Source: an uncultured Alphaproteobacteria bacterium
GTDB lineage: Bacteria; Pseudomonadota; Alphaproteobacteria; Rs-D84
DNA length: 64,000 nt
Reading direction: 5' to 3'
Assembly (NCBI GenBank): GCA_949878575.1
Contig: CATLAX010000001.1
Coordinates: forward strand, 99,214 to 163,213
Shown here: piece by piece, positions 30,669 to 39,093 of the stretch
Layout: each line of letters begins with the position of its first letter
Numbering within the stretch: position 1 is the first letter of the stretch
Notes under the pieces: model-generated
Told to the model about the DNA's origin: nothing
What the model saw: the letters and a program-made list of their open reading frames with translations, nothing else
Database searches by the model: none
Made by a program: the position numbers and the translations under genes

Positions 30669-31376
30669 ATGGATTTGCTGCTAAAAGGTTCCATTGAATT
30701 AAACAAGATGTTCGCCGCGCTGCAACGCACGGCGGACGGTTTGCGCCGTGATTTCGGCGAGGTGGAACAGTTGCAGCAGTCTTTGCGCGGCGCGCGTGAC
30801 TTTGTGGCAAAAGCGTCCGCCCGGAGAGAGGAAAGTGTTTTGTCCGATTTGTTGCTGGTGCGGCCGGCGGCGGGGTTGCTGACCCCGAATGTCAGTCGTG
30901 CGGGCGACGGTCGTGATGAATTTGTACTGGCGATTTCCGGGGCGGCAAATTTTGTACGCGGCAATCCCCGTTTCGCAATATCACTGGCGCTGCGTTCAAA
31001 TGATGAAACAAGGATTGCGCTGGTCTATTCACCGATTGACGAAAGATTATATTATGCGGAGGCCGACCGCGGTGCATACGCGTTTTCCGCATTTCATTCC
31101 GCAAAGCTAAAGGTTTCTAATTTATCTGATCCGGCTGATTTGACAATAGCGTACAACACGTCCGATATACGTGCGCCGCGGTGCGCAAATCCGCGTCGTA
31201 CGGGGTGTCCGGCGATGGATTTGGCGTGGGTTGCGGCCGGAAAATTTGATGCGTTTGTGTCAGACGCGCTGGATTGGGCGGAAATTGCGGCCGGCGACTT
31301 AATTGTACGCGAGGCCGGCGGAAAAATATCCATGGGCGCCGATCTGGTTGCCACAAACGGCAAGGTTGAATTGTAA
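30669..31376 (+). CDS. suhB: inositol monophosphatase family (SuhB-like), degenerate active site
   Basis: LRRDFGEVEQLQ N-terminus typical of alpha SuhB, NFVRGNPRFAIS, DLAWVAAGKFD, IAAGDLIVREAGG. Confidence 0.8.
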   Translation: MDLLLKGSIELNKMFAALQRTADGLRRDFGEVEQLQQSLRGARDFVAKASARREESVLSDLLLVRPAAGLLTPNVSRAGDGRDEFVLAISGAANFVRGNPRFAISLALRSNDETRIALVYSPIDERLYYAEADRGAYAFSAFHSAKLKVSNLSDPADLTIAYNTSDIRAPRCANPRRTGCPAMDLAWVAAGKFDAFVSDALDWAEIAAGDLIVREAGGKISMGADLVATNGKVEL

Positions 31377-31396
31377 AACAATTTAAAGCAAAGATA

Positions 31397-31424
31397 AAAA
31401 ATCCCCGGGGAACCGGGGATTTTT
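31397..31424. terminator. bidirectional intrinsic terminator
   Basis: AAAAATCCCCGG-GGAA-CCGGGGATTTTT. Confidence 0.85.
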
Positions 31425-31542
31425 ACATGATTTTTATGTATAGTGATTGTTTGAAGTTTTGGCGGGCGGCGTCGTTTTTTGTTGAGAAGGCGCAATGCAC
31501 GGCGCCGCCCCGCATGAAAAAGACCACCGTAATAAATTATGG

Positions 31543-31627
31543 CGGTCGGGGTGTTTACAAAGCATAACGTGGTGCCCCTGCCGGTCTTTGGCCAAAGCCT
31601 GTTTTATAACCAACAGCACCCCGACCG
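31543..31627 (-). ncRNA. C4/CI-like antisense RNA (copy A)
   Basis: 11-bp closing stem CGGTCGGGGTG/CACCCCGACCG, two internal stems, segments CGTTATG and TTGTAAA complementary to upstream CATAACG and TTTACAA. Confidence 0.6.
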
Positions 31628-31751
31628 TACTGTCAGAGTGTAACGGTGCAAAATTGCAACCGTATACGGATTTCAGTCTGATGCAACTTGCACCGTTCGT
31701 TATGGGCTTGTAAAGGCCCCGAACCTAAATTCCCATTCAGATTCACTTATT

Positions 31752-31780
31752 ATTATATAATGCGCCCCTGTTATTTACAA
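31752..31780 (-). promoter_or_regulatory. sigma70-type promoter for the copy A transcript
   Basis: TTGTAA-17 bp-TATAAT on the minus strand. Confidence 0.7.
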
Positions 31781-31807
31781 GAATATATTCTTTTTCGGCC
31801 CATGCGC

Positions 31808-33073
31808 CTATTTTTTGCGAAAGCCGTCCCAGTATTCCAGACGCTTTTTTATCTCGCGCTCAAAACCGCGTTCAACGGGATGGTAAAACCTTTGCCGCGG
31901 CATGTCCTCCGGAAAACAGTTTTGACCACTGCATCCCGTCGCCGTGTCCGGATCGTATACATATCCCGCGCCGTATCCCATGTTTTTCATCATTTTTGTA
32001 GGCGCGTTTAATATAACCTTGGGCGGGGGCAGGCTGCCACTGTCACGGGCGGCGGCATAGGCCGCCTTTTGCGCTTTGTAATTTGCAACGCTTTTGGGTG
32101 CGGTGCCCAAATATATTATTAATTCCGTTATGGCCAGATCGCCCTCAGGACTGCCCATGCGTTCATACAGCTGCCATGCGTTCAGCGCCATCTGCATTGC
32201 GTTCGGATCGGCCAGACCCACGTCTTCCATTGCAAAACGCGCCAGGCGCCGCAGCAGGTACATCGGATCCTGGCCGGATGTTAACATGCGCGCCGCCCAG
32301 TACAGCGCGGCATCCGTATCGGATGCGCGCAAAGATTTGTGAACGGCCGATATTAAATTGTAATGTTCGTCGCCGCTTTTGTCAGACAGCGGTGCGCGTT
32401 TCTGGACGGTGCTGTCCAGTTCCTCAGGCGAAAGTTCCGTGTCAAATCCGGCGGCCGCCAGGTATTCAACCGTGTTTAACAAAAATCGCGCGTCACCGTC
32501 CGCCATTTCCGCCAGGTGCAGTGCCGCCGCCGCGGTCAAGGGCAGTTTTTTGCTTAAAAATTCTTCGGCCCGGCGTATCAGCGTCATTAAGTCTTCTGTT
32601 CCCAGCGCCGTCAAAACACCGACGTGACACCGTGACAGCAGCGCGTTGTTCAAATTAAAACTGGGATTTTCGGTCGTTGCGCCAATGAATACAACCGTGC
32701 CGTCTTCCAGGTATGGCAGCAAAGTATCCTGCTGGGTCTTGTTAAAGCGGTGAATTTCATCAATGAACAGCAACGTGCCGCGGCCGATGTCGCGTGTCAT
32801 TCGCGCGGCCTCCATCGCTTTCTTTATATCTGCCGTGCCGGAAAACACCGCGGACATCGGTACAAAATCCATGTCAACAGACGCGGCCAGCGCCCGCGCG
32901 ATTGTTGTTTTCCCGCATCCGGGCGGCCCCCATAATATCAGGTTGGACAGTTTGCCCGCATCAACCATGCGGCGCACCAGACCCGTCGGCCCCAGTAATG
33001 CATGCTGGCCCAGCACATCGTCAATGGTGCGCGGGCGCATTAAATCGGCAAGCGGTCGGGTGTCTTTTGGCAT
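31808..33073 (-). CDS. rarA: replication-associated recombination protein RarA/MgsA
   Basis: PLADLMRP, GPPGCGKTT, FIDEIHRFNKTQQD, GATTENPSF, EDVGLADP. Confidence 0.95.
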   Translation of the reverse strand: MPKDTRPLADLMRPRTIDDVLGQHALLGPTGLVRRMVDAGKLSNLILWGPPGCGKTTIARALAASVDMDFVPMSAVFSGTADIKKAMEAARMTRDIGRGTLLFIDEIHRFNKTQQDTLLPYLEDGTVVFIGATTENPSFNLNNALLSRCHVGVLTALGTEDLMTLIRRAEEFLSKKLPLTAAAALHLAEMADGDARFLLNTVEYLAAAGFDTELSPEELDSTVQKRAPLSDKSGDEHYNLISAVHKSLRASDTDAALYWAARMLTSGQDPMYLLRRLARFAMEDVGLADPNAMQMALNAWQLYERMGSPEGDLAITELIIYLGTAPKSVANYKAQKAAYAAARDSGSLPPPKVILNAPTKMMKNMGYGAGYVYDPDTATGCSGQNCFPEDMPRQRFYHPVERGFEREIKKRLEYWDGFRKK

Positions 33074-33155
33074 TTTATTTTCGTTTTACTTTTATTTTAT
33101 TTGTCACCATGAATATGGTATAATGAATCAGGCAAATAAACAAGGATTATGTAAC

Positions 33156-33527
33156 GTGAATACAGGCGAAAAATTTGCAGACAATGATATTGCTGTTGCA
33201 ATTTTGGCGGCGGCAATAATCGGTGCGCGGCCCGATACGGCGCCAGATGCTGCGGTGGCGCAGGCGCGCAGAGCCTTGGCACCGCACGGGGCCCGTGCGA
33301 TTGGTGACGATAAAATCGCCGCATCCGTGCGCCGGGACAAGATTCAGTGTCTTGAGGACGGTTCGTGGCATACGATGCTGCGCCGGTATATAGCGCGGCG
33401 GTACAACATGACGCCGGCGCAATATCGTGCGAAATGGGGTCTGCCGGATGATTATCCGTTCGTGGCGCCGGATTATGCAAAAAAACGCTCGCGGATTGCG
33501 AAAAATTCCGGGCTGGGACGAAAATAG
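33156..33527 (+). CDS. MucR/Ros family regulator
   Basis: SVRRDKIQCLEDG, MTPAQYRAKWGLPDDYPFVAPDYAKKRSRIAKNSGLGRK; GTG start inferred from AAGGA. Confidence 0.85.
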   Translation: MNTGEKFADNDIAVAILAAAIIGARPDTAPDAAVAQARRALAPHGARAIGDDKIAASVRRDKIQCLEDGSWHTMLRRYIARRYNMTPAQYRAKWGLPDDYPFVAPDYAKKRSRIAKNSGLGRK

Positions 33528-33540
33528 AAAGGACCAAGAA

Positions 33541-34983
33541 ATGGGGGAAAAGTTCAGGCGGGCCGTCAACGCACCGCATCAGGCGTTCGGACGCGCACGA
33601 AAAAAAATAACCGCCATGAAGCCAAAGACAAAGCGTGGCAAGGTGGCGCGCGCAACCGGAATTACGATGACCGGCGTGTTTCAGTTTCTGCTGTGGGCGA
33701 TAAAGTACGCCGCGTTGGACAATTCGGCGCTGCTGGCGGGGGAACGCGCACTGCGCAATATGAAGGTTGGAAAAAACAAAAACGGTGAAAATAAAAAGTT
33801 TCCGGACATGGTTAAAAAATATCCGAACCTGTCCGTGCATGTTATTTCGTATTTGATGTTCGCCGTGACGGTCGGCGGGGTGCGGGCCTGTCACGATATG
33901 GTTGGCGATAAAGACTCTGGCCCGGCGGTTCCGCGGACAGAGTTTGCGCAGAACACGGGTGACGCACAGAAGGCAAGACCCGGGACATACGGGGCGTACC
34001 TAAACAGAATGCAGGCGATAACGCCGTTGCTGATTGCGGATTTAATCGCCAAAGAAGGCGTGCATACAGACGAGCGCGGCATGCACACCCCGTATCTGGA
34101 TTCAAAAGGCGTCCCCACAATCGGATTCGGTTCAACCGTTTTAAGCGACGGCAGCAAGGTTACAATGGACACGCCGCCGATTACGACGCAACAGGCCTAT
34201 GACCTGGCCAAATGGCATTTGGAGCGCGGGGAGACTTTTTTTGTCATGTACTGTTATGACGCGGCCTTTGACAAGGTTGACGTTAGCAGCACCGGCGAGG
34301 CGTTCGCAATGGCGTCAATAATTTACAATTCTTATAACAAGCTGATAGAGGATCCGGATGACAAAAACTGCAGGACAAGATTTGAAGAACTGCGACGGCT
34401 GTATGCGGCAGACGGCCTGAATGTTACGGACGGCATGGTGCGGGGACTGTTTAAAAAATATCCCGTCACGTCGCCGCGCAGTTTCGGAAAACAATGGCTG
34501 GGCGGGGCAAAGCCGAGCGTGCTGGCGGACAGTCTGGGCAACTTTTTGGCCGGCGGGCGCGGAATGTACTGGCGCCGCTGGCTGGAGGCTGGGCTGATTA
34601 CGGGCGACATAACGCCTGATATGATGCTGCGTTGTCCCGCAAACGGAATGTATGAGTTTTTTAAGGTAATGGGACAGAAAAGGGGGGCCTTTTTCACAGG
34701 GGACGGCCGGAATATTCATATAAACAAAAAGACGTACGGGGAATTTAAAAAATGGCTGCAAAACCCTGTTAATGAAAAGGGTGAAAAATTGAAGTGGAAA
34801 AGGGTGCGCGATGTTTTGCCGACGGCCATCCGCGGCCAGTGCGACAGGGGCTGGTGCGCTTTGGGCGAAAATAAAAAGACGGCGGCCGCGTTTGCAAAAT
34901 CTGCAAAAAAGGTTAGAAACAATGCACATAGCGCTGATTTTGATGTAAGCGGTTTTGTCTTTGACGAACACACAATGGCCTGA
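33541..34983 (+). CDS. membrane-anchored GH24 (phage-type) lysozyme-domain protein
   Basis: IAKEG...PYLDSKGVPTIGFG, ITTQQAYDL, GMYWRRWLE; hydrophobic segment before the domain. Confidence 0.7.
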   Translation: MGEKFRRAVNAPHQAFGRARKKITAMKPKTKRGKVARATGITMTGVFQFLLWAIKYAALDNSALLAGERALRNMKVGKNKNGENKKFPDMVKKYPNLSVHVISYLMFAVTVGGVRACHDMVGDKDSGPAVPRTEFAQNTGDAQKARPGTYGAYLNRMQAITPLLIADLIAKEGVHTDERGMHTPYLDSKGVPTIGFGSTVLSDGSKVTMDTPPITTQQAYDLAKWHLERGETFFVMYCYDAAFDKVDVSSTGEAFAMASIIYNSYNKLIEDPDDKNCRTRFEELRRLYAADGLNVTDGMVRGLFKKYPVTSPRSFGKQWLGGAKPSVLADSLGNFLAGGRGMYWRRWLEAGLITGDITPDMMLRCPANGMYEFFKVMGQKRGAFFTGDGRNIHINKKTYGEFKKWLQNPVNEKGEKLKWKRVRDVLPTAIRGQCDRGWCALGENKKTAAAFAKSAKKVRNNAHSADFDVSGFVFDEHTMA

Positions 34984-35002
34984 TACGGCAGAGGGTTTTT
35001 AT

Positions 35003-36946
35003 ATGAAGGTTTTTGTAAATTATGATGATGCGCGCTGGGAAAAATACGATATAGACTTTCAGCGTATTGCCGCGGCCGCCGGACCCGATCGCGCGGACGC
35101 TGAGGTTTCAATCACACTGGCCGACGACGATACCCTGCATGCGTTGAACCGGCAGTATCGCGCAATAGACCGGCCGACAAACGTATTGTCATTTGAACTG
35201 GGCGACGACATGCTGTTGGGCGACATATACATATCGCTGGATACTGTCCGTCGCGAGGCGGCGGCCGCCGGCATATCCGTGGAAGAACACGCCGCGCATA
35301 TGGTAGTGCATGGAATGCTGCATCTGCAGGGATACGACCACATAAAGGATGATGAGGCGGCAAAGATGGAGGCCAAAGAGGTTGCGGTACTAAAAAAGCT
35401 GGGGATAAAAAATCCGTATGAAGACGAATCCGCGGCCGCCGCGCCGAAACGCGGTTGGTGGCGGCGCGCATTGATTTTGGCGGCGCTGGGGGCGACGGCG
35501 GCCCTGGGCTTTGCGCCGACGCATTTTTGGTGGGCGACACTGGGCGCCGTCGGCGCGGCGTACTGGATTTTGACGTGCGCCCCGCGCGTCGGATTTTGGC
35601 GCGCATATCTGCGGGCGATGCCGTTTGGCGCGGCGTACGGGCTGGCCATGTTTTGGTGGGCACTAAGTTCAATATATGTTGTGCCGGAATTGGCGCGTCA
35701 ATTTGCGGTGTGGACGGTGCCGGGGGCGCTGGGGCTGGCGGGGGCGGGGGCGCTGGTGTTTGCCATGCCGTTCGCCGCCGCGAACCTATTCCGCCGCGCG
35801 GCCGCGCGGCCGTTTGCCTTTGCCGCCGTCACCGCCGCGGTGCTGTGGGCGCGTGAATGGATGTTTACGGGGTTCCCGTGGAACCCGCCGGCAAATGTTG
35901 TGATTAATTTTCCGTTTCTTGCAAATTCAATGGCTTTGTTCGGGGCGCTGGGGCTGACGTTTGTTGTTGCGGGACTGGTCGCGGCCAGTGTTGAAATAAT
36001 CCGCGATAAAAAATGCGCTATGTGCAGGATTTCCTGGCTTGCGTTCGTTTTTTTGTTGTGTGCCGGCATCGCGTATGGACGGCATAATGTTCATGTGGCG
36101 GCGTCCATGCCGGTGGCGGAAGGCCCCCTGATACGCGTGGTTCAGCCCGCAACGTCACAGGATCAAAAGATGTCCTATTCGCGCGAAGACGCCGTTGCGC
36201 AGGCCGAACGCAATGTGCGGAATCTGCTGGCGCTGGGGCGGGGCGGGGACGACGCGCGTCCGGATTTAATTGTTTATCCGGAAACGACTTACCCGTTTGT
36301 GGTTACGGACGACGACATGCCTTTTTCAAAGATTTTGGAAACGGATGTCGTAATGGGGGCGACGTCGTATCGCGACGGGCGCCTTTACAACTCTATGATT
36401 GTTGCGGACATGGACGGGCGCGTTTCGCATTTGTACAGCAAGGCGCATCTGGTGCCGTTTGGCGAATATTCGCCGCTGGGGCTGATGCCGTCGCCGGCCA
36501 ATCTGGCAAAGGGGCGCGGACCGGAAATTATAAGCTTTCCGGGGACGGATGGTTTTTCTTTTGCCCCCGCGATATGTTACGAGATTATATTTTCCGATTC
36601 CCTGGTGCCGGCGGGCGCGGATGCGGACGTAATAATAAACATAACAAACGACACGTGGTTTGGGCGCACGCCCGGAACGTACCAGCATCTGGACATGGTG
36701 CGCCGGTATGCGATTGAATCGGGTCTGCCGGTGGTGCGGGCGAACTATTCCGGCATCAGTGCGTTTGTGGCATCAGACGGCGCGGTTGTGTCGCGGATTC
36801 CAATCGGCCAGACCGGTGTATTGGACGGTCGCGCGCACGGTGCGCACATGACGCCGTACAGGGCGATGGGGCGTGACGCGTGGATGCTGATAATACTGGT
36901 GTTTGCGATTGTAGGCGCTGTTGCGGTATCACGTGGCAGGGAATGA
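35003..36946 (+). CDS. lnt: YbeY (rRNA maturation) - apolipoprotein N-acyltransferase fusion
   Basis: YbeY: LNRQYRAIDRPTNVLSF, LGDIYIS, HMVVHGMLHLQGYDH; Lnt: FTGFPWN, YPET, KAHLVPFGEY, ICYE, NDTWFG; no stop codon between them. Confidence 0.9.
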   Translation: MKVFVNYDDARWEKYDIDFQRIAAAAGPDRADAEVSITLADDDTLHALNRQYRAIDRPTNVLSFELGDDMLLGDIYISLDTVRREAAAAGISVEEHAAHMVVHGMLHLQGYDHIKDDEAAKMEAKEVAVLKKLGIKNPYEDESAAAAPKRGWWRRALILAALGATAALGFAPTHFWWATLGAVGAAYWILTCAPRVGFWRAYLRAMPFGAAYGLAMFWWALSSIYVVPELARQFAVWTVPGALGLAGAGALVFAMPFAAANLFRRAAARPFAFAAVTAAVLWAREWMFTGFPWNPPANVVINFPFLANSMALFGALGLTFVVAGLVAASVEIIRDKKCAMCRISWLAFVFLLCAGIAYGRHNVHVAASMPVAEGPLIRVVQPATSQDQKMSYSREDAVAQAERNVRNLLALGRGGDDARPDLIVYPETTYPFVVTDDDMPFSKILETDVVMGATSYRDGRLYNSMIVADMDGRVSHLYSKAHLVPFGEYSPLGLMPSPANLAKGRGPEIISFPGTDGFSFAPAICYEIIFSDSLVPAGADADVIINITNDTWFGRTPGTYQHLDMVRRYAIESGLPVVRANYSGISAFVASDGAVVSRIPIGQTGVLDGRAHGAHMTPYRAMGRDAWMLIILVFAIVGAVAVSRGRE

Positions 36947-36954
36947 TAAAATCA

Positions 36955-36988
36955 TATAAAAAAGCCGGCAAAGGCCGGCTTTTTTATA
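36955..36988. terminator. bidirectional intrinsic terminator
   Basis: TATAAAAAAGCCGGC-AAAG-GCCGGCTTTTTTATA. Confidence 0.85.
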
Positions 36989-37181
36989 TCTTGTTTTGCA
37001 GAATCCATACGCGCAGTGCGGACGACAGTGTTCGCGCGCCGCGTGCGGCGTCAATTTCACCGATTATGGCCGCAACCGGACGGTTCTGTTTTGCCGCGAT
37101 GGCGTGCAGGGCGGACATGAATTCCGCCTCAAGCGAAACGCTGGTACGGTGGCCGGACAAAGATACGGATATTTTCTTCAT
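36984..37181 (-). CDS. ribbon-helix-helix domain protein
   Basis: KKISVSLSGHRTSVSLEAEF...LSSALRVWIL, typical alphaproteobacterial RHH family. Confidence 0.85.
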   Translation of the reverse strand: MKKISVSLSGHRTSVSLEAEFMSALHAIAAKQNRPVAAIIGEIDAARGARTLSSALRVWILQNKI

Positions 37182-37183
37182 TT

Positions 37184-37618
37184 TTATATTTTCCCCGCCG
37201 CCAGGCAATCCGTCATGGCGTGGTATGCGTCGTTGTATTTCCGCAGCGGCCGCAGGTTCAGATTGTCAAGCATGAAAAATGTGCCGAATGCGTCAAATGC
37301 AAAAAAGAACAGATCGTTGCGGGCAAATATTGTTTTTCCGCGCAACGGCGCTATGTGCATCATTTCGCGGTTTATGTCAATAATCCCCGGTATGGGAAAC
37401 AGGGCGCCGCGTTTTATTTCCGTCGGTCCGAATATGTATCCGGCCCCGCGCGATATGCCGCCGGTCGCCCCGTACAGCTCTATCATTGCGGCCGGCAGCA
37501 TCGCCGCCCGCATGCTTTGCAGCAACGTGTTCGCCGTTGCAATATCGCGGGCCGCGGCAATTGGCGCCATGAAGGCGCCGCGTGCGCGCATGGAAGATAA
37601 AAATTCATCACGTGTCAT
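37184..37618 (-). CDS. SMI1/KNR4 (SUKH)-like protein
   Basis: PIAAARDI...LPAAMIELYGATGG...YIFG pattern; start at MTRDEF. Confidence 0.6.
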   Translation of the reverse strand: MTRDEFLSSMRARGAFMAPIAAARDIATANTLLQSMRAAMLPAAMIELYGATGGISRGAGYIFGPTEIKRGALFPIPGIIDINREMMHIAPLRGKTIFARNDLFFFAFDAFGTFFMLDNLNLRPLRKYNDAYHAMTDCLAAGKI

Positions 37619-37632
37619 ATGTGTCGCCCCCG

Positions 37633-38139
37633 TTATTCCATGCCGCGGCCGGCCACTATCTGGGCCGCAATCTGGGACAGGCGGTCTTCGGTTGCGTTGC
37701 CGCCGTCGCCGCCGCCCGCGGTATGCGCGGATATATAAATTTTCTTTGCCGGATTCGGCAGCCATATTGTTTCGTTCCCCGACTGGCCCAGAATAAAACG
37801 GTCCATGTTTTGGGAGTTTGGAAAAGTGGTGCACATGAACATGTTTTCCGGAATTATTTTCCCGCCCCATGCCATGGGAATGCGCATGCGGATGGATGTG
37901 TTTGCCGGCATTGCACGGCCCGTTATCAAATTCATAAAGTCATCCTGGGACAGGGACATCATCGCCAGTTCCTCAACCGAATCGGCCAGAGTGCGCATGA
38001 ATGCGTGCCTGGCGTCTTTGTACTTTGCAAACCAGTCCGGTGCAATCGGGGCGGGGGCGGGGCGCAGTTCTATCAGCGGCATGTCGTCCATGCCCATGTC
38101 CGCCATAATTTTTTCCGCTGATGACTGACTTATCTGCAT
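37633..38139 (-). CDS. degenerate HNH-nuclease-like protein
   Basis: GRAMPANTSIRMRIPMAWGGKIIPENM resembles GxxPxGYxVHHxxPLxxGGxNxxxNL with the His residues lost. Confidence 0.5.
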   Translation of the reverse strand: MQISQSSAEKIMADMGMDDMPLIELRPAPAPIAPDWFAKYKDARHAFMRTLADSVEELAMMSLSQDDFMNLITGRAMPANTSIRMRIPMAWGGKIIPENMFMCTTFPNSQNMDRFILGQSGNETIWLPNPAKKIYISAHTAGGGDGGNATEDRLSQIAAQIVAGRGME

Positions 38140-39050
38140 TATGTTTTGTCCATGTATGTTATAACGGTGTCAATGAATTCGGAATATGCGTCAAAATTTT
38201 CCTGTTCGCTGGCGTCGGCGGGGGGCGTGTTTTTATTTTCGCTTAAGTATTCGCGCAGTTCGTCCGTATCAGAGAACGTCCTTATGTCCGGGTTGCGTAT
38301 TTCAGACGACGGGGCGACGGCAAAGCCGTATATGGAGATTTCTATGTCGTCCAGGGTGTCCGCAAACAGGGACGCCAAGCGTTCCATTGCGTCGGCCAGC
38401 GGCTGCTCTTCAATATTTATGCCGCCGATGAACAGCTGCTCGTTTGTGCCGATGGCCAGCAGGGCCGGTTTGAAGTTTCCGATTTTTGGCGCGTCCTTGA
38501 CGGTATAGCCCGCGTCTTCAAATATGGCGCGCAGTGTCCGTTTTTGTTCATCTGTCGGGCCCGTTGGTGTGGCGGGCGGTGCGTATATCGGCGCGGCCGG
38601 CGCCGCGGTGCGCGGGGCGGAACGAACCTCTGCCGATATTGCCGGGCGCATGGGCCGTGACGGCGACGGCGCCCGGGGCGGTGTTATGTCCAGCGCGGTC
38701 GCGGATTGCCGCGGCGCCGTTGGCGCGGCCGGTTCCTGGATTTCGGCGCGTGGTGCGGCATGTTTTGCGGCCGGTTTCTTGGTCCGTATCATGCGCAGCC
38801 GCCGCATAGCGTCCGCCGGCCGCATTAGTATGTACAGCACGACCAGGCATATTAGTATCGCCGCCGTCAATGATATATAAAACGCGGGGCGAACCGGTGT
38901 CTGAGCCGCCTGCAGATAACCCAGATACTGCCAGTGTTGAGTGGAAAATATATTAAAGCCGAACATGGTGTTAAGCCAAAAGCCGGCCCCCAGCGCCGAC
39001 GCCAGCAGCCACAATATGCAAATCAGAATACGTTCAATTTGTTTGCTCAT
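38139..39050 (-). CDS. membrane-anchored hypothetical protein
   Basis: two N-terminal TMs, Pro/Ala-rich linker, acidic C-terminal alpha/beta domain. Confidence 0.75.
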   Translation of the reverse strand: MSKQIERILICILWLLASALGAGFWLNTMFGFNIFSTQHWQYLGYLQAAQTPVRPAFYISLTAAILICLVVLYILMRPADAMRRLRMIRTKKPAAKHAAPRAEIQEPAAPTAPRQSATALDITPPRAPSPSRPMRPAISAEVRSAPRTAAPAAPIYAPPATPTGPTDEQKRTLRAIFEDAGYTVKDAPKIGNFKPALLAIGTNEQLFIGGINIEEQPLADAMERLASLFADTLDDIEISIYGFAVAPSSEIRNPDIRTFSDTDELREYLSENKNTPPADASEQENFDAYSEFIDTVITYMDKT

Positions 39051-39093
39051 TTGTCTTTTATTGTATCATATTTATGGTAAACTAAAAAGTATA

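Noticed and set aside
31560-31630. TPP or cobalamin riboswitch, tRNA, tmRNA or SRP RNA (minus strand has CGGGGTGC, GCCAAAGACCGGC and GGCACCA)
   Set aside because: No CTGAGA, no complete B12 core, no T-loop or tag ORF, no SRP helix-8 motif, and no downstream gene
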